In this document: in pieces, positions 39,950 through 48,576 of the stretch
Numbering within the stretch: the stretch's first letter is position 1
Layout: each line of letters opens with the position of its first letter
From: Vulcanimicrobiota bacterium
GTDB lineage: Bacteria > Vulcanimicrobiota > Vulcanimicrobiia > Vulcanimicrobiales > Vulcanimicrobiaceae
Assembly: GCA_963833095.1 (NCBI GenBank)
Contig: CAWHWQ010000007.1
Span: forward strand, 2,174 to 66,173
Direction of reading: 5' to 3'
Length of the DNA stretch: 64,000 nucleotides
The notes under the pieces: model-generated
What the model was told of the DNA's origin: nothing
Database searches by the model: none
Seen by the model: only the letters and a program-made list of their open reading frames with translations
Position numbers and translations under genes: made by a program

Positions 39950-40811
39950 GGAGAGCAAACCTTGCGACATATTCAATGATGACAGCGGCGGGATAAAAGA
40001 CGATCTGCGAGAGCAGCGTTCCAAGAATCGCCGTAACGGAGAGATAGAACACCATCGAGCGAACTTCCTCGATGGTTCGATGCCCGTGGATCGCCTGGTC
40101 GGTGATCATGGAGGATGTCGGATCGACGAAGAGCGTGAATGAGATCGTTCCGATCCCGTTGATGATGCCGGACAGGCTTGCGGCCGTCACTCGAACCGCG
40201 GGATCGAGCACCGCGGCGAGAAACGCTGCCGGGACGCCGATTGCGTAGATCCCGGTGACGACGACGTTGAAAATCAGGAGACGCCGGGGAATCGCGCGCC
40301 AGTCGAACTGTCGCAACTGCTCCCGCGAAGGCAGATGCTCGGAACGAAATATGTCGGCGAGATTCCGAGGGTTGAACAACTGCGCGAGCGCGTGCGGCAC
40401 CGAACCGCGCCGCTCGAATGAATGAACGCCGCGCCGAAAGAGATAGGTGAACATCGGCAGCAGCAGCGCGAAGACGATCATCCCCGCCGTGCCGGCGAGG
40501 ATGATCAGTCGCAGCTGAAGGTCGTACGTCGATTGCCACTGTGCAACGACGACCGGATCGTGCCGGTTCGCAGCGACGGCGTTGCTTGCCAAATCGGCTA
40601 GCGGCGCGACGAAAAACACCGAAAAGAGCGTCGCGAGCCGGCCAACCGTCACGAAGAGATTGAACAGCGAGATCGAGGTCGCGATGCGCTTGGTCTGGAC
40701 GCCGGCAAGACGCGCGGCATACGCGCCGATCGTGATGCCCTGCACGAAAAACGTAATGAGCATCGCGCCAATCAGGCGTCCAGACCAGAGTTCGGGGTTG
40801 TGCGCTATCAC
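39936..40811 (-). CDS. Polytopic membrane protein, possibly Amj-type lipid II flippase (DUF2837-like)
   Basis: 291 aa. 'GAYAARLAGVQTKRIATSISLFNLFVTVGRL' resembles, from memory, the conserved N-terminal motif of Amj/YdaH. No search was possible. Confidence 0.4.
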   Translation of the reverse strand: MIAHNPELWSGRLIGAMLITFFVQGITIGAYAARLAGVQTKRIATSISLFNLFVTVGRLATLFSVFFVAPLADLASNAVAANRHDPVVVAQWQSTYDLQLRLIILAGTAGMIVFALLLPMFTYLFRRGVHSFERRGSVPHALAQLFNPRNLADIFRSEHLPSREQLRQFDWRAIPRRLLIFNVVVTGIYAIGVPAAFLAAVLDPAVRVTAASLSGIINGIGTISFTLFVDPTSSMITDQAIHGHRTIEEVRSMVFYLSVTAILGTLLSQIVFYPAAVIIEYVARFALHVHF

Positions 40812-40832
40812 GATCCGCAGGATGCGGATGAC

Positions 40833-42089
40833 TTAGGCAGCGTCACGATTCCATTCGATGGACGATTCGTCGACCGGGCCCAAGATACACAGCCCTAATT
40901 GATCCTCGGCGAAGAGATCGTGCGCAAGTTCGACGATCTCGGATGCGCTCACCGCATCGATGCGCTCTTCAATTTCTTCGGGCGCCATCTGACGGCCCAG
41001 CGCAAACTCGTTGCGCCCCAACCGAATCATCCGGCTCGACGTGGACTCGAGCGAGAGCGTCAGGTTTCCCTTGATGTGCTCTTTAGCCAGGTGAAGTTCG
41101 CTTTCACCAATCTCGACGTTGCGCAGCGACGCGAGCTGCTCGGCAACGACGTCGATGCAGGGCTGCACGTTCTCGGCGGACGTCCCGGCGTAGATCCCGA
41201 AGAGGCCCGCCGCACGATATGCCGCTTGGAACGAGTAGACGCTGTACACGAGCCCGCGCTTTTCGCGAATCTCTTGGAACAGCCGGCTCGACATCCCGCC
41301 GCCCAGCACGGTGTCGAGCACCGACAGCGCAAAGCGTCGATCGTCTCGAACGTTCAGACCGCGCGATCCGAGAACGACATAGGCCTGCTCGCTGTCCTTC
41401 TGGCGCACGAGCGCTGAGGGAGTCGTGCGTGGTGCGTCGGGTTCGAAGTCCTCGCTGTGCCCCATGAACGGCGCGAAGCACTCGGCTGCCAGCTCCACGA
41501 AACGCTCGTGCTCCACGTTGCCGGCGGCGGCGACGACGACGGAATCTGGAGCGTAGTGACGCGCCATGTGCGAGCGTAGGTCTGCCGGCGTCACCCGAGT
41601 GACCGTATCCACAAAGCCGATTGTCGGCTCGCCGAGATTCGATCCGCTCCACATCGTCTGCAGAAAGAGATCGTGGATCAGCTCGTCGGGCGAGTCCTCG
41701 TACATCTTGATCTCTTCGAGCACGACCTTTTGCTCTTTTGCGAGCTCTTGCGGATCGAAGACCGAGTGCAGAAACATGTCGGAAAGGACGTCGAGCGCCA
41801 GCGGCACGTGCCGATCGATCACCTTGGCGTAGTAACAGGTCGCCTCTTTGTCGGTGAAGGCGTTGAGGCTCCCGCCTACCCCATCCATCGTCTCGGCAAT
41901 CTCGCGGGCGCTGCGCCGTTGGGTGCCCTTGAAGAGCATGTGCTCGACTAAATGGGAGATGCCGCGCTGTTCGCGACGCTCCAGCGAGGAGCCGACGTCG
42001 GCCCAGATTCCAATGCTCGCCGAACGGACGGCCGGCATGCTCTCGGTGAGCACGCGCAGACCATTAGCCAGCGTCGTCTTCTTATACAC
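40833..42089 (-). CDS. M16 family zinc peptidase (insulinase/pitrilysin-like)
   Basis: 418 aa with the inverted zinc motif 'GISHLVEHMLFKGT' (HxxEH) near the N-terminus and a typical length. Confidence 0.85.
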   Translation of the reverse strand: MYKKTTLANGLRVLTESMPAVRSASIGIWADVGSSLERREQRGISHLVEHMLFKGTQRRSAREIAETMDGVGGSLNAFTDKEATCYYAKVIDRHVPLALDVLSDMFLHSVFDPQELAKEQKVVLEEIKMYEDSPDELIHDLFLQTMWSGSNLGEPTIGFVDTVTRVTPADLRSHMARHYAPDSVVVAAAGNVEHERFVELAAECFAPFMGHSEDFEPDAPRTTPSALVRQKDSEQAYVVLGSRGLNVRDDRRFALSVLDTVLGGGMSSRLFQEIREKRGLVYSVYSFQAAYRAAGLFGIYAGTSAENVQPCIDVVAEQLASLRNVEIGESELHLAKEHIKGNLTLSLESTSSRMIRLGRNEFALGRQMAPEEIEERIDAVSASEIVELAHDLFAEDQLGLCILGPVDESSIEWNRDAA

Positions 42090-42092
42090 CGC

Positions 42093-42677
42093 TCAACTCT
42101 TCGTGAAAGCGCTCTGCGCCCATTCCTGATCGAGAAAGACGTTGGCCCCGCCACGCAGCCGCGCGGCGAGAGAGGCTGCATTCTCACTTCGGGCCACGCT
42201 GATCGTAAAGACGGTGCGGGTGGTTGGTACCGCCAGGTCCCCGCTGACGATGAGCCCCTTCTCCACACCGATGGGGACGGTCACCCAGAGGTCCACCTCT
42301 TCGGCGCTGGGGGCGGCCGCGAAGGCGCGCGTGATCAGCTCGACGATCTCCGCGTTGAAGGCCTCGCGTGAAAGCGGCTGGTGAAACTTCACGCCCGACA
42401 CACGTAGCCCCAGCACCACGTGGGTGGCCGTCTCATTGGCTAAGACTTGCATCACCTGCGCCGGCCAGGTGGAGCTGAACAGTTGCTGGCCGACTGAAGT
42501 CGCAATATCGATGCGGTTTCCGCCCGCGCGCGAATGCGCATCGAGATCCGCCACGCTTGGGCTAGCGGCAACCGTAGCTAGCGCCAAGATCAGCATGAGC
42601 GAACGAAGTGAGCCATGCGACTTTCGATGACAACGCTTTAGCTTTGGCAGATAAAGTCTGTTAATAGCTTTGAGCAA
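42093..42677 (-). CDS. Hypothetical secreted protein
   Basis: 194-aa ORF. An internal start at 42596 would give the signal peptide 'MLILALATVAASPSVA'. I recognise no family. Confidence 0.4.
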   Translation of the reverse strand: MLKAINRLYLPKLKRCHRKSHGSLRSLMLILALATVAASPSVADLDAHSRAGGNRIDIATSVGQQLFSSTWPAQVMQVLANETATHVVLGLRVSGVKFHQPLSREAFNAEIVELITRAFAAAPSAEEVDLWVTVPIGVEKGLIVSGDLAVPTTRTVFTISVARSENAASLAARLRGGANVFLDQEWAQSAFTKS

Positions 42678-44127
42678 AATAGGCCCTTACCACAGCAGGT
42701 TCACCAGATGCAACGCATTTCGTGCCGGCTTCGTTCGCAGGCAGCGCGTACGTGTTGCGGGTGGTCGCGCCGGTCTCTTCCTTGATGTGCTGCTCGCACT
42801 CGGGGCGCCCGCACCACGGAATGTCGATCATGCCGGCGCGCGTCTTACACTTCTCGTAAAACTCATCACGATCGCTCACGCGAAAGGTGTGACTCGTCAG
42901 GAACGCCTTGGCTTGGTCGAAAAGTGAGACTTGAATCGCGTCGAGCAGCACACGCAGCTCTTGTGCGAGCCCCGTGAGCGCAACGCTCTGCTTTTGCTCG
43001 GGGTCGCCCTTGGCGCGGTCGCGCCGAACCACCACGGCGGTCTGCGCGTCGACGTCGCGCGGACCGATCTCGATCCGCACCGGGACGCCGCGCAGATCCC
43101 ATTCGGCGTACTTCCACCCCGGCTGCTGGTCGCGGTCGTCGACCTTGACGCGAAAACCGGCCTCGCGCAGGGCTTTCGCCGCATCCTGACAGGCCGCCAC
43201 GGCGCGGTCGTCGCCCGAGCGCACGATCGGAACGAACACCGCTTCGATCGGCGCCATCTTCGGCGGAACGCGCAGGCCGCGATCGTCGCCATGCACCATG
43301 ATCATCGCGCCGAGCATGCGCCACGACATGCCCCACGAGGTCGTATAGGCATGTTTGATCTGCTGGTCGGCGTCGAGGAATTTGATGTCGTACGCCTTGG
43401 CGAAATTCTGGCCTAGATCGTGGGAGGTTCCCGACTGCAACGCTTTGCCGTCGGGCATGAGCGCTTCGATCGAGTAGGTCTCGACCGCCCCGGGGAAGCG
43501 TTCGCTGGCGCTCTTGATGCCGGCATAGACCGGCACAGCGGCGACGTTCTCCGCGAAGTCACGATAGACGCCGAGCATACGCAGCGTCTCCTCACGCGCC
43601 TCTTCTGCGTTCGCGTGCGCGGTATGCCCCTCTTGCCACAAGAACTCCATCGTGCGCAAAAACGGCCGCGTGGCCTTTTCCCAGCGCAGCACATTGCACC
43701 ACTGATTGATGAGAATCGGCAGATCGCGATACGACTCGATCCACTGGGCGTACATGACGCCAATGATGACTTCCGAGGTTGGGCGAATCGCGAGGCGCTC
43801 GGTGAGCTCTTCGTTGCCGCCGCGCGTCACCCACGCAACTTCGGGTGCAAAGCCCTCAACGTGCTCGGCCTCTTTTAAGAGCAGACTTTCGGGAATGAGC
43901 AACGGGAAGTACGCGTTTTCATGTCCGGTCGCTTTGAACGCCGCGTCTAAGTTCTTTTGCAGATTCTCCCACAGCCCATAGCCGTACGGACGAAGCACCA
44001 CGCAGCCGCGCACCGGAGAATACGACGCTAGCTCAGCCTTCAAGCAAACGGCCGTGTACCACGCGGAAAGGTCGGCCGCTTTTGGAGGGATCTCCTTAAC
44101 GTCCTTTGAGGTCTGGGGTTCGGACAT
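42661..44127 (-). CDS. proS: Proline--tRNA ligase (archaeal/eukaryote-like short type)
   Basis: The start at 'MSEPQTSKDVKEIPPKAADLSAWY' (ATG 44127) gives 488 aa, the size and N-terminus typical of type-3 ProRS. Class II motifs follow ('LAIRPTSE', 'RTMEFLWQEGHT', 'GTSHDLGQNFAKAY'). The 155 aa upstream in ORF 42661-44589 are spurious. Confidence 0.92.
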   Translation of the reverse strand: MSEPQTSKDVKEIPPKAADLSAWYTAVCLKAELASYSPVRGCVVLRPYGYGLWENLQKNLDAAFKATGHENAYFPLLIPESLLLKEAEHVEGFAPEVAWVTRGGNEELTERLAIRPTSEVIIGVMYAQWIESYRDLPILINQWCNVLRWEKATRPFLRTMEFLWQEGHTAHANAEEAREETLRMLGVYRDFAENVAAVPVYAGIKSASERFPGAVETYSIEALMPDGKALQSGTSHDLGQNFAKAYDIKFLDADQQIKHAYTTSWGMSWRMLGAMIMVHGDDRGLRVPPKMAPIEAVFVPIVRSGDDRAVAACQDAAKALREAGFRVKVDDRDQQPGWKYAEWDLRGVPVRIEIGPRDVDAQTAVVVRRDRAKGDPEQKQSVALTGLAQELRVLLDAIQVSLFDQAKAFLTSHTFRVSDRDEFYEKCKTRAGMIDIPWCGRPECEQHIKEETGATTRNTYALPANEAGTKCVASGEPAVVRAYFAQSY

Positions 44128-44184
44128 GACCGGCCCGGTTTCGCGTGGAGCGGGCCCACGGCCTCTTCGGCCGAAGGGGAGCCC

Positions 44185-44790
44185 ATGCCCAAGCTGACTC
44201 GCATCTATACGCGCACCGGCGACGACGGTACCACCGGCCTGGTGGGCGGCCAGCGCGTCAAGAAAAACGCCCTGCGCATTGAGACCTACGGCACGATCGA
44301 CGAATGCTCGAGCGCGATCGGGATGGCGCGCAGCGCACTGCGTCCGCTGCTCGCAGTCCACGCGCGAGCGGCGCGCCTCGACGCGTGGCTCGCCTGGGTG
44401 CAAGACGCGCTCTTCAATCTCGGCAGCGACCTTGCAACGCTGCCCAAGGATCGCTGGGAGGGCATGCCGTTGATCGCGCACGAGGATGCGGTCGTGCTCG
44501 AACGCGCCATCGACGAGGCGCAACGCGATCTGCCAAACCTCGACAACTTCATCCATCCAGGCGGGTCGCTGCCGGGAGCCTATTTGCATCTGGCGCGCAC
44601 CATCTGCCGCCGCGCCGAACGATTGCTCATTACCTTGCGCGAAGAAGATGCGGGCGTTTCAAAGGAAACGCAGCAGTTCGTCAATCGCCTCTCCGACGCG
44701 CTCTTTGTTTGGTCGCGATGGATTAATGCGGACTTAAACGAGCCGGAGTATCTTTGGAACTCAAGCTCCGCTCCGCCACCTCCCGCATAA
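44185..44790 (+). CDS. PduO-type ATP:cob(I)alamin adenosyltransferase
   Basis: 201 aa. 'IYTRTGDDGTTGL' and 'R.ETYG.IDE..S.IG.A' are the PduO-type hallmarks. Confidence 0.85.
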   Translation: MPKLTRIYTRTGDDGTTGLVGGQRVKKNALRIETYGTIDECSSAIGMARSALRPLLAVHARAARLDAWLAWVQDALFNLGSDLATLPKDRWEGMPLIAHEDAVVLERAIDEAQRDLPNLDNFIHPGGSLPGAYLHLARTICRRAERLLITLREEDAGVSKETQQFVNRLSDALFVWSRWINADLNEPEYLWNSSSAPPPPA

Positions 44791-45449
44791 GGAACCGATT
44801 GAAGCTGCGCCTCCCGGTCCTGGCCGTCCTCGCGACGGCGCTTCTCGCTGCGGTGAGCGCGCATGTCGGCATCGACGTGCTCGGCGACTATTTGGTGCGC
44901 GACGACTCCTACGACCATCTTGCCCACGATTCGCGCCTGCTTTTCACCGTCATCGCGCTCGCGCTCGCGGCTGTCGCCGCGGTCCAGTGTTTCCTCTACT
45001 TCTGCGCCGCTGCCGCATCGATCCGCGTGCGGGTACGTTTACTGCGCGTGCAGCCGACGCATATCGCCGGCGCCTGTGGCGCAATCGCGCTGCTCGCACT
45101 GCTAGCCGTGCCCGCAATGGAAACGCTCGACGCGCTCCAGGCGGGCGCCAAGGTCGACTCGCTCGCCGACGTGTTCGGCGGATCGATCCTGCTCGGCGTT
45201 GTCACGACGCTCGGGTGCGTCGTAACATGGTGCGGCCTCATCGTTGCGGTGGTTGGCTGGTTCGCGCGTCATCGCGAGCGTGTTGCGCAGCTGCTCTACG
45301 AATTGCTTGTCGTAAGCCAAGCGCCGCTCGCGTGCGCACACGCAAGCCGCGAGAGCGCGCCGGCGCTTGCAAGTGATCCCGTCCGCGACGCGCGCTGCCG
45401 TTGCAAACGCGGCCCGCCCCTTTCGGCTCGCGCCCTTCCCGCTCACTAA
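44754..45449 (+). CDS. Hypothetical membrane protein
   Basis: 231-aa ORF with about 4 hydrophobic spans between the adenosyltransferase gene and the TonB-dependent receptor gene. The start is uncertain and I recognise no family. Confidence 0.35.
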   Translation: MELKLRSATSRIRNRLKLRLPVLAVLATALLAAVSAHVGIDVLGDYLVRDDSYDHLAHDSRLLFTVIALALAAVAAVQCFLYFCAAAASIRVRVRLLRVQPTHIAGACGAIALLALLAVPAMETLDALQAGAKVDSLADVFGGSILLGVVTTLGCVVTWCGLIVAVVGWFARHRERVAQLLYELLVVSQAPLACAHASRESAPALASDPVRDARCRCKRGPPLSARALPAH

Positions 45450-45473
45450 CAAGCCGCTACAAGGGGTTTTCCC

Positions 45474-48014
45474 ATGCGTTCATTCTGCGTGCGCGCGTTG
45501 TGCGCGACGCTGGCGTTTGCGTTGGTTGCATTCGCCGCGCCCGCGCATGCCCAGAGCGCTTCGAGCATCGCCGGCATCGTGGTCGATGCGGCGTCGGGTC
45601 TGGGGCTCGCGGGCGCGACGGTCCGTATCGCCGATTCCTCGCGACATACGGCGACTGACACACACGGCGCGTTTCGCTTCGCGGTGGTAGCGCCGGGGAC
45701 GTATCGGCTCGAAGCGCAGCTCAACGGCTATCAGCCCGCGCTTTCGACGCCGGTGACCGTCGGTACGAACGGCGCCGTCCGTACGACCCTCGCCATGCAG
45801 CGTTCAACCGGGAGCGACCTGCACGTCATCGCGGTGACCTCGACCAAGTCCAGCTCGAGTTTGCAACAATCCAGCGTCATCACGGCGACGCTCAACACCG
45901 AGACGCTCGAAGCAATCGGTGTGGTGCGCGCGGGGGATGCCCTGCGCACGCTCCCCGGCGTCAACAACGGCATCAACGGTGATACCGCAGCACTCGGCGA
46001 TGACATCAACCTCAACATTCGCGGAATCGGCCAACCCGAAACGGTCGCGGCGATCGACGGCCACCCCGTCGGCTACGGCATCAAGGGCGGCTACAACTAC
46101 CAACTATCGCCGGTCTTTCCGTTTCGCGACGTCCAAGTGCTGTACGGCTCGGGCGGAAGCGACATTCTCGGTGTCAACGCAATCGGCGGCGTGGTGAACT
46201 TCCAAACGCTCGACGCCACGCCGAACGCGCATGCAAGCTACACGCAAGGATACGGCTCGTTCCAGCGATTAGCGAGCAGTATTGCCGTGACCGGGACCAC
46301 CGGCAAGCTCGGCTATGCATCGGCGTACGGCGTTTCGGGCCTCGACGGCCCGTTTCGCGACGCCTACTTCTATCAGGTCGCGGCAAACGCCAGTTACGTC
46401 GACGATTCGTCGGTCACGTCGCGCGGCGGATTAATCAAACTCACCTACGCAGCGGACAGCAAGACCAGCCTCACCTTTACCGACGTCAACAGTTCCTACT
46501 GGGAGAACAAGACGGGCAACGGGGATGGCGACTACTTGCCGTACGATACGGCGTTTGCCCGGTGCCAAGCGCAGGGGAACAGCGATCCAGCGGCATGCGC
46601 GGCGACAACAACCGGTTGGCAAGGCGCGGGCGCGGCGTGGCAAGGATTCAATTTCGGCTATCAGGACATCGACTTCACGCATCGTGCCGGCAATGGGACC
46701 ATCGGTATCGACGGTTTTACGACGCTGTATGACGACCAACAGTACCGCTTGAACCTTCCAACGCCCGCAAAGCAGAAGACGACGGACATGCGCGTACAGT
46801 CGAGCGGCACCATTCTCGACGACGATTTTTCCGGGGCAAATAATGACTTCACCTTCGGCTACAGTTATCTCAACAACGCCTACGTCTATCAGACGATCTC
46901 AAGTAGCCCTTCGTACAGCTCGCCGTTCACCAACGAGACCGCATTTTTTGTCCGCGACGTCTATGCGCCGCCTCATTCGACGCTGACGACCTTCTTCAAC
47001 CTTTGGGCAAAGCACGCGAGCGCGACGAATTCATCCTACCTCGATCCGCGGATCTCGTTGCTCAACCGCGTTACTTCCCGTGACGTCGTGCGCGCGGCGA
47101 TCGGCGCGACGACCACCGAGCCGACCTCCGACGAGATCGATGTGCCGTTTACGCCGAGCGCACTGGCGCTGGGGACGCTGCAAGGCGCCGGCGGCGGAAC
47201 GAGCTATATCTGCGGCGGCCTCAACTCGATCGGTACTGCACCCTCCGCCGGCCTTAAGCCCGAACGCGGCGTCGACGAGGAGCTCGCCTACGGACACACG
47301 TGGTCCGGCGATTCGATTACGCAGCTTCAACTCTATAATGTCAATGTCTACGACAAACTCTATTCGACCATCGCGCCGCTCTCGCAGACTGGAACCTCCG
47401 GTATCAACTCAACCTACATCACGACGGCGGACGCGTTGCTCGCCACCGCCTGCGGTGCCGGCAACTACGCGCTCGGCGTCACCGGCACGGTCAACGTCGG
47501 CACATTGCAGGCGCAGGGCGCCGATCTCTCCGGGCGCTGGCGCCTGAATCGCCGCTTCTATATCGACTACGACTGGGCACTCACCTCGAGCGTGCTCAAG
47601 AACGCACCGCAACAGTTGCTCGAATCCAACCTGATTGACATCATCGGCAGTCAAATCAAAGGCGTACCGCTGCATACCTCCAACATCGCGCTCGATGGAA
47701 CGATCGGCCTTGTCGATGCGCGCTACACCATCTACACGGTCTCAACCGACAACACCAAAAACTTGCCTGCATATAACTACAGCGTTCTGCAGCTCACCAC
47801 ACCGGTTGCGCGCAGCGCGACGCTAACCGTCGCGGTCTTCAATCTCTTCAATCAATGGGCCAATATCGCTGGACTCATCGGCGAAGGGGTGCCCGCGCCC
47901 CTCAACGCGTACTCGCCTGCAAGCGCGTACGTGCCGCTCATCGGCACCGCTTCCACCGAACAATTCGGACTACCGTACCGCTCGATCTACTTCAGTCTTC
48001 AGTTCCGACGTTAG
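45474..48014 (+). CDS. TonB-dependent outer-membrane receptor with N-terminal carboxypeptidase-regulatory-like domain
   Basis: 846 aa with signal peptide '...AAPAHA|QS'. 'IAGIVVDAASGLGLAGATVRI...THGAFRF..VAPGTYRLEA' is CarbopepD_reg-like. The plug motifs are 'LRTLPGV', 'NIRGIG' and 'VQVLYGSGGSDILGVNAIGGVVNFQT'. Confidence 0.75.
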   Translation: MRSFCVRALCATLAFALVAFAAPAHAQSASSIAGIVVDAASGLGLAGATVRIADSSRHTATDTHGAFRFAVVAPGTYRLEAQLNGYQPALSTPVTVGTNGAVRTTLAMQRSTGSDLHVIAVTSTKSSSSLQQSSVITATLNTETLEAIGVVRAGDALRTLPGVNNGINGDTAALGDDINLNIRGIGQPETVAAIDGHPVGYGIKGGYNYQLSPVFPFRDVQVLYGSGGSDILGVNAIGGVVNFQTLDATPNAHASYTQGYGSFQRLASSIAVTGTTGKLGYASAYGVSGLDGPFRDAYFYQVAANASYVDDSSVTSRGGLIKLTYAADSKTSLTFTDVNSSYWENKTGNGDGDYLPYDTAFARCQAQGNSDPAACAATTTGWQGAGAAWQGFNFGYQDIDFTHRAGNGTIGIDGFTTLYDDQQYRLNLPTPAKQKTTDMRVQSSGTILDDDFSGANNDFTFGYSYLNNAYVYQTISSSPSYSSPFTNETAFFVRDVYAPPHSTLTTFFNLWAKHASATNSSYLDPRISLLNRVTSRDVVRAAIGATTTEPTSDEIDVPFTPSALALGTLQGAGGGTSYICGGLNSIGTAPSAGLKPERGVDEELAYGHTWSGDSITQLQLYNVNVYDKLYSTIAPLSQTGTSGINSTYITTADALLATACGAGNYALGVTGTVNVGTLQAQGADLSGRWRLNRRFYIDYDWALTSSVLKNAPQQLLESNLIDIIGSQIKGVPLHTSNIALDGTIGLVDARYTIYTVSTDNTKNLPAYNYSVLQLTTPVARSATLTVAVFNLFNQWANIAGLIGEGVPAPLNAYSPASAYVPLIGTASTEQFGLPYRSIYFSLQFRR

Positions 48015-48550
48015 GACTTCCCGAGCAAACGGTACCGCAAGAGCGCGGCGAGCGTTACCGCGTCGTCGATGCGGCCATCAGCGGCGGCACGATAGGCATC
48101 GTCGATCGCGATGCGCTCGCCCACAACGGCTTCAACATCCTCTTGCGCGGTTGCAACCGTCTGCAGATCGCGCGCGAGAAAGAGCGTCACGGGATGTTGG
48201 ACGATCGAGGGAATCTCATAGGCAATCCCGAGGGCGTCCCAGCATTTCGCTTCGAATCCCAGCTCCTCGCGCAATTCGCGTTGCGCGCATGCAAGCAACG
48301 TTTCTCCCTCGTCAGCTCCGCCTTTGACAATCTCGAGGACGCGGGCGTCGGCGGCGAAGCGCGCTTGGCGCGCCAGCACGAAGGTATCACCGTCGACGAC
48401 AAGCACACCGCAGGCGCGGCCCGTCGCAATGAGCACGTGCTCGCCTGTGGCGCCGGTCGGGTGAACGACGTTATGGACTTCTACCGCAACCCATCGATTG
48501 CGGTAGACCTCGCGCTGCGCGAGGCGGCGGTAGGGGCTGGGGGGACGCAT
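48011..48550 (-). CDS. NUDIX hydrolase
   Basis: The Nudix box 'GGADEGETLLACAQRELREELG' is present. I prefer the start 'MRPPSPYRRL' (48550) within ORF 48011-48637. Confidence 0.8.
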   Translation of the reverse strand: MRPPSPYRRLAQREVYRNRWVAVEVHNVVHPTGATGEHVLIATGRACGVLVVDGDTFVLARQARFAADARVLEIVKGGADEGETLLACAQRELREELGFEAKCWDALGIAYEIPSIVQHPVTLFLARDLQTVATAQEDVEAVVGERIAIDDAYRAAADGRIDDAVTLAALLRYRLLGKS

Positions 48551-48576
48551 GGGCCCTCCTTGCGAACCTGCGCGAA

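Noticed and set aside
44128-44589. The 155-aa N-terminal extension of the 642-aa proS ORF.
   Set aside because: The extension is Arg/Ala-rich with no ProRS similarity. It lies antisense to the well-supported PduO-type adenosyltransferase gene. An internal ATG at 44127 gives a canonical-length ProRS.
45380-45473. A possible cobalamin riboswitch upstream of the TonB-dependent receptor gene.
   Set aside because: I could not find a B12-box-like consensus or enough non-coding space, as the gap is only 24 nt after the preceding ORF. A covariance-model scan would be needed to be sure.
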